The notes beneath the pieces are model-generated. The model had not been told where the DNA came from. It ran no database searches and saw only the letters and a list, made by a program, of their open reading frames with translations. A DNA stretch of 24,549 nt from Paramicrosporidium saccamoebae KSL3 (lineage: Eukaryota; Fungi; Cryptomycota): positions 1 through 24,549 of the forward strand of contig MTSL01000121.1 of NCBI GenBank assembly GCA_002794465.1, written 5' to 3'. Positions 1 through 8,016 of the stretch are shown here, in pieces. The position numbers and the translations under genes are program-made. The stretch's first letter is position 1. Each line of letters begins with the position of its first letter.

Positions 1-111
1 CCATCTTTCTATTGCGCTTTACCATCTTTCTATTGCGCCTTCTCATATTTCTGTTGCGCCTTCCCATCTTTCTACTGCTGCGCTTCCCCAGCTTTCTACT
101 GTTGCGCTTAC
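1..111. repeat. Coding tandem repeat, about 5 degenerate copies of a 21/24-nt unit
   Basis: Units ccatctttctattgcgcttta / ccatctttctattgcgccttc / tcatatttctgttgcgccttc / ccatctttctactgctgcgcttcc / ccagctttctactgttgcgctta. On the minus strand they encode (K/R)RN(S)RK(M/L)G-like peptides. Confidence 0.9.
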
Positions 112-574
112 CAAGTCTCTTGCTGTGATTGTACTGGCCGCGCATAATCTGTGGTCCTTTAGTGGAGCGATCACTAGACATGCCGACGCCGGCTATGCGA
201 AGGACAGATCCAAGGGAATCTGAATCGCGCGCGCCGCCCATATTAAGCGCTGCCACAGTGCCATAATGGCGACACTTTTGGGAACGCTTGGTCTTGTACT
301 TGCGGCTACTCTTATAGCCCTTGGTTTTTTGCAAGCTTTTAGCGTTGCGGTTCTTGGGGATCGAATGACAGGGCTTCTTCTTGTCAACTTTGATGGTTAC
401 AATATCGCTGACGACCTTGCGATCACGATACAGCGGCTTCCATTCTCCATTCGGCGCTCTAGAGAGCGGTCCGTACTTTAACAAAGTGCGCTTGCATGTC
501 TTTGTAAACGCATCTGCGACTCTGACGGTAGCCAGAAGAGGCAAGATACAGTAGATCGCTTGTAACAAGCGCAT
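1..574 (-). CDS. Secreted, highly cationic Arg/Lys-rich repeat protein (3' end runs off the window start; absent from the ORF track)
   Basis: Manual translation from ATG at 574 is open to position 1 (191 codons): MRLLQAIYCILPLLATVRVADA-FTKTCKRTLLKYG...SKRLGKRNSRKLGKRSSRKMGRRNRNMRRRNRKMVKRNRKM. It has a hydrophobic N-terminus with an A-x-A (ADA) cleavage-like site, and 55 K+R versus 8 D+E by manual count. Confidence 0.8.
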   Translation of the reverse strand, partial: MRLLQAIYCILPLLATVRVADAFTKTCKRTLLKYGPLSRAPNGEWKPLYRDRKVVSDIVTIKVDKKKPCHSIPKNRNAKSLQKTKGYKSSRKYKTKRSQKCRHYGTVAALNMGGARDSDSLGSVLRIAGVGMSSDRSTKGPQIMRGQYNHSKRLGKRNSRKLGKRSSRKMGRRNRNMRRRNRKMVKRNRKM

Positions 575-647
575 CTTGTGAAGCTGTGGATTTGCGAGTG
601 CTGGTTATAAAGGTTCGGGAATAGCCATTGATCGCTGGGAGCAGTGT

Positions 648-784
648 CCAATCTGCGTCGTTTAGGGGCAAATTCTATTCGCTGAACATTACCAGGCCAA
701 TAAAGACGTCTTGAGAGGGTTTCTCATTCGATAACACCCGCTGCGACCAATCACAAGGAAGAAGACCAGCTGAAGGGCTATTGG
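648..784. promoter_or_regulatory. Divergent promoter with four CCAAT/ATTGG boxes
   Basis: CCAAT at 648, 697 and 747 and ATTGG at 780, between the divergent ATGs at 574 (-) and 791 (+). Confidence 0.45.
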
Positions 785-790
785 CTTGCA

Positions 791-2461
791 ATGGCGAAGC
801 ATATGCTTGGTTCTGCGCTTCTGGCCCAAACTCTGCACGATCAAGGGGTTAGGACAGTTTACGGAGTGCCCGGAATACCAATCACAAGCGTCGCAGAGGC
901 TCTCATAGCAAAGGGGGTCAATTACATTGCCTTTCGGAACGAGCAATCTGCGTCATATGCTGCCTCAGTACACGCATATATTAATGACCAATTTTCTATC
1001 GGAGTCCTGCTAACAACAGGAGGACCCGGGTTTGTTCATTCGCTGGCCGGAATAGTCAATGCCAGAGAAAATCTCTGGCCTCTCCTCGTCATTGTGGGGA
1101 CATGTCGGAACTCGCACAAATCGACCAGCTGCTTTCAAGACTGCCGACACGACCTGTTCCTCCAAAACGATCAATTTGTCCATTTCAGACGGCTATGCAG
1201 CGAGGATACACATGACATTTCTGGGGTAATAGCGCATCTCATCCAGCAAACGAAATCCAGCATAGGCCATTCAAAGATTATATCCATCTTGGAGGTCAGT
1301 TCCAAATGGCTTGAGATGACACTTGAATATCTTCCTGCCGAGTCTTGTCTCTTCTCAGCTCAAGAAACTGCGTTTAATGGCAAGGATATGATCCAGAATG
1401 CATTGAATGACATTAAAAAGGCACAAAGACCGTTGATCGTTTTCGGCAAAGGCGCGTGTTTGGGACGGCTTGACGAGCTCGCGCTGGAATTGGTAGAGAC
1501 TACGGGCGTGCCCTTTTTACTAATGCCCATGGCCAAGGGTCTAATAAGAGAGGATCATCCGCTCTGCATGTCAGCAGCTCGCACAAAGGCTCTCGCAGAC
1601 GCCACTCTTCTCATTCTCATCGGAGCCCGCGCCAATTGGATGTTGCCAGTAGACAGAATGTTAACAAATTCCCAGCTACAAATCCTGCGCATTGACATTC
1701 AGAGCAAGGATGCAGCCCTGAACAAAATGGAGAGTGATAACATCCGCAGTATAATTGGTGATTGTAGAGAGGTAATAGGTGCTCTGATCCAGGAAATGGA
1801 AAGCAAGTTTGAGTATCCCGAATGGATTGCGACTCTGCAGACTGCCAAAGAGGCAAATGTGCAACGTGTACTTTCCTTGTCAATAGACGAATCCCTGCCG
1901 CTTGGCTACCACGCCGTGTACAAAACGCTGAGCAAATACATTATAGAAGATACTACCGTTGTGGCCGAAGGGAGTAATACTATGGACATTGCCCGGGTAA
2001 TGTTGCCAACGTATCGACCTCGCTACCGACTCGATGCAGGAACGTTTGCAGCAATGGGAATCGGCATGTCCTATGCAATTGCTGCAGCTCTGACACGTCC
2101 CAACGAACCAATATTATACGTTGCCGGTGATAGTGCATTTGGGTTCAGTCTTGCCGAACTCGAAACTGCCGCCCGTTACGGACTATCTAATCTCACGGTG
2201 CTCGTGATGAACAACTCTGGAGTCTACAGCGGCGTCACCAAGGAGGAATTTGCCGCCAAGTGTCGCGAAACTCCAATTCCCCGTCACAAGCCCACTGCTC
2301 TGACACCCAACACGCGGTATGACAAACTAGCCGAGATGCTTCCGGAAATGGCTCAAGGATTTCTGGTCGAGACTTTGGATGACCTCAATCACGCATTGCA
2401 ATCAAAGAGCCCTATTCTGATTTCTGTTATAAATGTCCTTATAAGGACAGCCAACCAGTAG
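791..2461 (+). CDS. HACL1: 2-hydroxyacyl-CoA lyase 1 (TPP-dependent, HACL1/oxalyl-CoA decarboxylase family)
   Basis: N-terminal YGVPGIP and RNEQSASYAA (catalytic Glu), GPGFVHSLAG, RLDAGTFAAMGIGMSYAIAAA, and TPP motif GDSAFGFS...NNSG. Confidence 0.9.
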   Translation: MAKHMLGSALLAQTLHDQGVRTVYGVPGIPITSVAEALIAKGVNYIAFRNEQSASYAASVHAYINDQFSIGVLLTTGGPGFVHSLAGIVNARENLWPLLVIVGTCRNSHKSTSCFQDCRHDLFLQNDQFVHFRRLCSEDTHDISGVIAHLIQQTKSSIGHSKIISILEVSSKWLEMTLEYLPAESCLFSAQETAFNGKDMIQNALNDIKKAQRPLIVFGKGACLGRLDELALELVETTGVPFLLMPMAKGLIREDHPLCMSAARTKALADATLLILIGARANWMLPVDRMLTNSQLQILRIDIQSKDAALNKMESDNIRSIIGDCREVIGALIQEMESKFEYPEWIATLQTAKEANVQRVLSLSIDESLPLGYHAVYKTLSKYIIEDTTVVAEGSNTMDIARVMLPTYRPRYRLDAGTFAAMGIGMSYAIAAALTRPNEPILYVAGDSAFGFSLAELETAARYGLSNLTVLVMNNSGVYSGVTKEEFAAKCRETPIPRHKPTALTPNTRYDKLAEMLPEMAQGFLVETLDDLNHALQSKSPILISVINVLIRTANQ

Positions 2462-2483
2462 AATCGCTCCTCGTCCCTGCAGC

Positions 2484-2815
2484 ATGAAGGTGTCCGTTCT
2501 CTTGCTCCTGGTGCTTGCCATTTGCTCCAGCGTCTGTGCCATGGACATTTTTGACTTTTTCCGTGGTTCTCAAGGAGGTGGTCGTCGTGAAGGTAACGAA
2601 TTGGCAGCATGGTTCATGTTGTAGAACACAGCGTTGAGGCGGGCGGACGATGTTCCCACTACTTGTGTGATTTTCGGGTGGGTCCCTGTGTTGAAAATCC
2701 CAAAGATTGTCCGTGTCGCGAGGGACAATACAAGTGCCAGCACGGACCGGGTGATGCGTATTCCTGCATGGCCTCGAAAGAAGACTGTCAGCCCTTCCTC
2801 GCCAATGACCTCTAG
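2484..2815 (+). CDS. LCL2: LCL2-like small secreted/ER Cys-rich protein (long chronological lifespan protein 2 family), 99 aa, 2 exons
   Basis: Exons 2484-2592 and 2625-2815, with a 32-nt GTAACG...TAG intron. Protein MKVSVLLLLVLAICSSVCA-MDIFDFFRG...RCSHYLCDFRVGPCVENPKDCPC...C...C...C. The signal peptide, FDFF motif and CxxYLC...CV..P..CPC pattern match fungal LCL2. Confidence 0.75.
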
Positions 2816-2837
2816 TGTGTCTGGCTTGTGCAATACA

Positions 2838-3623
2838 TTATTTATTCCCTTTGCCTTTACTTGTGCCTGTACCTTTATCTGTAGCCTTGCTTTTGCCATT
2901 GGCCTTGCTCTTCTTTGGAGGCGACGAGTATTTCGCCTCCAGACTTGCTATCAGCGAATCATACCGTCCCTGTTGCCGCTGCTTGATCGCTGCCACAAGA
3001 CCATCCCTCCCGGCTCCCAAGCCTAACTCCTTGGCCAGCTCGGCAGCCTCAATTGCTTCAGTTTCAGCTCTTCTCCGGCGCTTGCGCTGTTTTGCCCGCC
3101 ACGCCGCATCCTCTGTATGCATGGGCAATGCATCGAATTGGGGAACAATGCCCTTGGCTACTGCGCGCCGGATAATGTCCAGATAGCGTGTCTCACTGTC
3201 CACATTTCCAAAGAAGATTGTCTCGGTAATCTTTTCAATATCGCCGCGGTGCGTAGTGTAGGCAGACAGAATGTCCTCATACTCCTCCAGGGAGCCCACA
3301 TAAGTGGCCCTGAAGGCATCAATGTCATCAAATGTTACCTTGTGGAAGAGTTCCCGAAAGTACGCGCTCCAATCACCTCCTTCGTCATTAATCATGCCAG
3401 TCTCGTCGTACAGTTTGCGACGAGCAGCGTCACTAAGGACTTCGTAGGCCAAGCCAACTTTTTGAAACATGGCAGTGGTCTCAGAGTCGCCATTGTTGCG
3501 GTCCGGATGATGCTGGAGGGCCAGCTTGTAGTAGGACTTTTTAATCTGCTCGGCGGATGCATCCGTCTCGACGCCAAGGACAACATAGAGATCATCCTGC
3601 TCTGTTGCCTTCTTCATAGGCAT
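2838..3623 (-). CDS. DNAJC9: J-domain protein, DNAJC9-like histone co-chaperone
   Basis: J domain with HPD (LYVVLGV...YYKLALQHHPDRN...FQKVGLAYEVLSD), a DNAJC9-typical YVGSLEEYEDILSAY segment, and a basic C-terminal tail. Confidence 0.85.
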   Translation of the reverse strand: MPMKKATEQDDLYVVLGVETDASAEQIKKSYYKLALQHHPDRNNGDSETTAMFQKVGLAYEVLSDAARRKLYDETGMINDEGGDWSAYFRELFHKVTFDDIDAFRATYVGSLEEYEDILSAYTTHRGDIEKITETIFFGNVDSETRYLDIIRRAVAKGIVPQFDALPMHTEDAAWRAKQRKRRRRAETEAIEAAELAKELGLGAGRDGLVAAIKQRQQGRYDSLIASLEAKYSSPPKKSKANGKSKATDKGTGTSKGKGNK

Positions 3624-3675
3624 ACTTTAACACGAATTTAATATTTTGGCAGAGTAACAATGTTTACTTAAATTA

Positions 3676-6600
3676 TTATTTGACGTTGTGCTTCTTGTGG
3701 GTTGCCTCCAAGAGTGCAGCTTCCTTATGAGCGTTACTGGAGCCTTTCAGGTGTTCAATGACCATGTCCCAGATGGAATGATGGTGCTGCTTCATGTCGC
3801 CGATATGCTTCATTGCTGACTTTTGCAACAGGTTGTCGGCAAGCGATACAGCATACTTTTTCAGATCCTCCTTGCTATGCTTTGCAGCAATGGAGGGTGA
3901 TGAACTGTCAGTCACGGGTTTCTGACTTTTCTGCTGTTGGCCGCTGTCAACCGTGGACTTTTCCGTGTGATGTGATGCGTCCACGGGGTGCTTCAATTGG
4001 GCACCAAGACCATTAACTTTGTTGCGCTGCTCGTGAATGGCTTGTTTTTGTGTCGAGAGATCTGTATTGTATTTGTGTGACGAGGAATTTTTAGCCTCGG
4101 AATCCGTAGCTTTCATCCCAGAAAGCAATTGTTCCAAAGAAGCCAGTGTCACTTTCTTGTGCTCAATATCAGGCGCATGAGGATTGTGAATAAGATCACT
4201 CTGAAGTTTATCCCGTAGCTTCTTGGTCTCTTTGATTAAAGTATTATGGGCGGAACAATGAGGGTGGGTGGCACCCGCAGTAGAGCAAAAGAGCGTCTTG
4301 TTCTTGTGGTAGTCGCTAATCATTTGGTCCAACTTGGCTTTTTCTGTCGCAAATTCTGCTTGAAGCTGTTCCCCTGTCTTTGTAGGAGACGGAGCAGCGT
4401 TAGTGGCACTAGACGAATCTGTGATTACTGGCACTATGGTAGTGGCCGTAGAAGCCGGAAGAGCTGAACCGGCTGAATTGGCTGGGGAAGGAGAGGCATT
4501 GGTGTGGGCATGATCCTCCACTTCTTCATGAGTGATAGAGTTTACGTCGTCAATGGCTTTCTGAACCTTGTTAGAAGCGACGTGCTCGTCAGCTTTGGCT
4601 GCTGGAGAAGTTTCCACAGTCTCCAACTTTTGCAACAAGTCCTTGGCCTTTTTAAGTGAAGTACGGACAGCTTTTAATTGCTTTTCAGCGTCTTGATGAC
4701 CAGGCTGTTTGGCAAGGATTTCATTCAGCTTTATGCGATGATCCTTCAAATTGGCTTCAATCTGTGCGACAGTTTGCTTGACCTTGTGAGATGTCGGATA
4801 GACAGTAGGTGGGATGATCAAATTGGTCATGACAGTCAGATCCTTGGCGAGCTGGGCCTCAACGTCAAGGAGATCTTTTTCCGTGTAGAGCGGATGACTC
4901 TTCTTGGTCTCTCTCGCTCTCCGAACCAGATCAATGGCGTCATGAAGATTTTGGTAGACGTAGAGCTCTTTTCTGAATTCCTTCAACTCGGCTCCTTGCT
5001 GTAAATGCAACAGTCTTCCCTTGTTCTTTCCAATAGCCGCGCGATGAATGGCAGCATCAGGGCTGGTCAGTGTAGCATCAGTAGCCGGGATGGCTTGGCT
5101 GGACACTGTAGTATTAACAGTAGAAGCAACTGGACTGGTCACTGTAGTATTGGCAGCAGGAACAACCGGCGCCGCACTGGGCGCTGTAGTAGTTGCGTTC
5201 TTGTAATGACAATCGTGTAATTCAAAACACGCGTGATCGACAAGTTTGCTAATCTCAAAGATGGTGGCCTGGTGTGGTCCACGGATCTGTGAAAGCTTTC
5301 TCATGTAGTACGCAACACTATGAATTGACTTGATAGCATCCTCGGCATTCACGGGTACAATGAATTCACTTTGTGCAAAAAGCTCCCATAGACGATGCAA
5401 GAGGTTGTAAAGTTCTGCAATTGCAGTCTTCTTCTCATTCTCAAGTGTCACTAGAGCTGATTGGTGTCCGCTGGTAATATCTGCAGTGGGCTTGGCAATA
5501 GCATTTTCCTTGTGTTCCAACTCGACGGCGTGTTTTGTGAGAACCTCCAGACTCTTTCTCAAATTAAATTCATAATGCTTCACTTGTTCAGAATGCTCCG
5601 GACCATCCATATGTCCCTTCAGGTGCTGAACAGCCTGCTGTCCTAGCGCCACTGCCTCACGAATTCTCTTCAGCTCTGGGATTCGCCCCAATGCCATAAT
5701 ATGAGCGTCAATGCTCATTTGGATTTCATGAATCTTGGCCCTGACAGTCTTGATCTGTTGTTTGAGGAGGGGGATTGTGTCGTTTGAATGAACTGGCACA
5801 CTTGTTGCGTGGGGAATGTCAGGAACGGGGGCGACAATCTCACTTGCCTCTATCTCCACCGCCTTGTCAAGTTTAGTGGAAAGTTCCTGCTCCACTGTCT
5901 TGCTCTCATTCTCCAAGGCCAAGATTTCTACCGAGGAGAGTCGACCTCCAGCGGCGGAATTATGCTTCTTCAGCAATTCAACAATGTGTCGAGCCAGTCT
6001 CTTGGCTTCCATGATATCTGCATCTTCCTTGTTGGCTCGATGCTTCACGAATCCCTCTGCTTTAAGACGTTGGTAAAGCTCCTTAACTTTTAGCTTGGCG
6101 GCAATGTATTCACTGATCAACTTCTGTCCCTGCACCCGTAATGCCTTCATGGCCCCTTTGCTCTTGTCACGATTTCTCGTCGCCAGTTGCTTTTCAGGAA
6201 CATTTAGAAGGGATTTGACAAGTCCTGTAAGTTTTACAAGATCCTCTCGGGCTTCTTTGATCCATGGTGCATTATCCTTGGCGCTGTAATTTTTCAAAAG
6301 ATGATCAAATGCAACCACTCGTAAAACCAGTTTAAAGTGCTTGGGAGACACGTCAGGTGTCATGAACCCATAGTTCTTTGAGTGCTCACTGAGCTTGGAG
6401 CGAACCTCTTTCACTCTAAGCTTTGCTGCCCTGTACTCGGCCTCTAATGGATTTTCCGGATGCAAGATGGTTTGGTTCCCCGGTAGTTTAGAGCCAGTCT
6501 CTTCAGATACCACAATGGACAACTCTGTTTTGACATTGTGGGCCAGCTGAGCAGTCTCCGCCACCAAAGACTGGGCTTCCGCTTTCTCGGCGGGCGTGGT

Positions 6601-7827
6601 TGCAGTAGACTTGTACAATTTGAATTCACTTTCTGCATTCAACAGATGCTGCTTGGCAGAGCGGATGCTGATCACATCAGGGTCGGATAGAACGTTGAGA
6701 GGTTTTGCCGTCTTGAATTGGGTACCATGCTTCTTGAGTTTGGTCTTGGCCTCCTTGAGCTGCTTAAGGAGCTGATTTGCCTGACTGTGGAGAGCTGTTC
6801 GTTCTTCGTCACTTAATGGACCACGGGACGCTTTAACAATTGCTCCATCTGGGATCGTAGTCAGACTGCTAATATCCTTCCTGGCAGCCGCAATGTGTGT
6901 CTTGGCGGCTATGAAATGTGCATTAGTTGCAACATTAACATGACGCTTGGCAAGACGGCGCTCCAAATCGTAAATGCGGAAGACGACTTTTTCATGTTCA
7001 GGCAGAGCGTATGCCATTCCGAGACGATCGTATATCTCTCTCAGTCGGGTTCTCAACTTTTTGACATGCTCCTTATCAGCATGATATTGCGCTGCAGCAC
7101 TTGCGGGAGCCGGCATAACGGCCAGTGGCTCGTGCTCCGCAAGCTGCTTATAATGCAAAGCAATGGTGGCGGCCAACAAGTTTTCTACGGCCGTTATAGC
7201 TGCAGTAAGGCCAGATTTTACGACAGAGCCCGTCTCTGATACCAATGCGCTCTTGAGGTTTGCATTAACGACTCCGAGGATGTTAATGACTTCTTGTCTG
7301 ATGTGCTTGCCAAGACCTCGTAACGTCGGCGTCGCAGTGACAAGGGCGGCACGTTGGCTCTTTAATTTCTGCAACTCTTCCAAATTTTGAGCCTTTCTCT
7401 TCAAGGCTGTAGCACGATCAGGGAAGAGGGGTGAATTAGTGTGTTGATCGAGTAACTTCCAGATCAGCGCCTTGGCATTGGCAAAATTGCTTTCGGCAGT
7501 GGTGATGGCAGCAATTGGCTCATGGAGAGCCTTGTGGGCGTTTCCAAGATCAGCCATGACGTTACTAGCTGCCGTCATTGTGGTCCTTACACGCTCCGCG
7601 TGGAAGCCGTGGGCGTAAATTGGATCATGCAAATACACACCAAGATGATAGAGGTGGATTTTCTTGTCTTCAATCTGTCTCTGAAGTTCCAAGTATTGTG
7701 TTTTTGCTCCATCGAATGGTTGAGGCGCCATTGACGATGTGGCACAGTCCACACTGACAAGTGCAAACAATAATACAAGGCAACTCCACAAATTCATGCT
7801 CATTGCGATGAAGAATATGGCATTCAA
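3676..7827 (-). CDS. Large (1383 aa) secreted orphan protein with repeated amphipathic helical units and T/A/S/P-rich linkers
   Basis: Uninterrupted 4.15-kb ORF with signal-peptide-like MSMNLWSCLVLLFALVSVDCA (true start may be Met9 or Met11). Rich in A/K/H/L/E, several N-x-S/T sequons, no C-terminal TM segment, no recognisable family motif. Confidence 0.85.
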   Translation of the reverse strand: MNAIFFIAMSMNLWSCLVLLFALVSVDCATSSMAPQPFDGAKTQYLELQRQIEDKKIHLYHLGVYLHDPIYAHGFHAERVRTTMTAASNVMADLGNAHKALHEPIAAITTAESNFANAKALIWKLLDQHTNSPLFPDRATALKRKAQNLEELQKLKSQRAALVTATPTLRGLGKHIRQEVINILGVVNANLKSALVSETGSVVKSGLTAAITAVENLLAATIALHYKQLAEHEPLAVMPAPASAAAQYHADKEHVKKLRTRLREIYDRLGMAYALPEHEKVVFRIYDLERRLAKRHVNVATNAHFIAAKTHIAAARKDISSLTTIPDGAIVKASRGPLSDEERTALHSQANQLLKQLKEAKTKLKKHGTQFKTAKPLNVLSDPDVISIRSAKQHLLNAESEFKLYKSTATTPAEKAEAQSLVAETAQLAHNVKTELSIVVSEETGSKLPGNQTILHPENPLEAEYRAAKLRVKEVRSKLSEHSKNYGFMTPDVSPKHFKLVLRVVAFDHLLKNYSAKDNAPWIKEAREDLVKLTGLVKSLLNVPEKQLATRNRDKSKGAMKALRVQGQKLISEYIAAKLKVKELYQRLKAEGFVKHRANKEDADIMEAKRLARHIVELLKKHNSAAGGRLSSVEILALENESKTVEQELSTKLDKAVEIEASEIVAPVPDIPHATSVPVHSNDTIPLLKQQIKTVRAKIHEIQMSIDAHIMALGRIPELKRIREAVALGQQAVQHLKGHMDGPEHSEQVKHYEFNLRKSLEVLTKHAVELEHKENAIAKPTADITSGHQSALVTLENEKKTAIAELYNLLHRLWELFAQSEFIVPVNAEDAIKSIHSVAYYMRKLSQIRGPHQATIFEISKLVDHACFELHDCHYKNATTTAPSAAPVVPAANTTVTSPVASTVNTTVSSQAIPATDATLTSPDAAIHRAAIGKNKGRLLHLQQGAELKEFRKELYVYQNLHDAIDLVRRARETKKSHPLYTEKDLLDVEAQLAKDLTVMTNLIIPPTVYPTSHKVKQTVAQIEANLKDHRIKLNEILAKQPGHQDAEKQLKAVRTSLKKAKDLLQKLETVETSPAAKADEHVASNKVQKAIDDVNSITHEEVEDHAHTNASPSPANSAGSALPASTATTIVPVITDSSSATNAAPSPTKTGEQLQAEFATEKAKLDQMISDYHKNKTLFCSTAGATHPHCSAHNTLIKETKKLRDKLQSDLIHNPHAPDIEHKKVTLASLEQLLSGMKATDSEAKNSSSHKYNTDLSTQKQAIHEQRNKVNGLGAQLKHPVDASHHTEKSTVDSGQQQKSQKPVTDSSSPSIAAKHSKEDLKKYAVSLADNLLQKSAMKHIGDMKQHHHSIWDMVIEHLKGSSNAHKEAALLEATHKKHNVK

Positions 7828-7864
7828 GAGCCCTTAAGTAATATATTCTCCATAATCGTCAGTG

Positions 7865-7960
7865 ATTGGCCAAAGGGGGGACTGTCCAATCACCCAAACC
7901 AAACTAGAGGGCCTATTGGACGAAACACAAAAATGCCAGTCAATCTGGAATAAGGCCAAT
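7865..7960 (-). promoter_or_regulatory. Cluster of four CCAAT/ATTGG boxes upstream of the large secreted protein gene
   Basis: ATTGG at 7865, CCAAT at 7886, ATTGG at 7915 and CCAAT at 7956, plus a G6 run at 7875-7880. Confidence 0.45.
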
Positions 7961-8016
7961 ACTGATAGGCTGAATGGGCAGCACCAATGAACATTTATGT
8001 TTTTGAGACAGTCATG

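Noticed and set aside
1-111. Repeats at the window start as telomeric or CRISPR-like arrays
   Set aside because: They are degenerate, in multiples of 3, have no spacers and lie within an open reading frame, so they are coding repeats.
2570-2899. Minus-strand 109-aa ORF with a basic, ribosomal-protein-like look
   Set aside because: It is antisense to the spliced LCL2 gene and overlaps the DNAJC9 3' end; no real ribosomal protein motif aligns.
3117-7778. Numerous 60-170 aa ORFs antisense or out of frame within DNAJC9 and the large secreted gene
   Set aside because: They are shadow ORFs of real coding sequence with no motifs.
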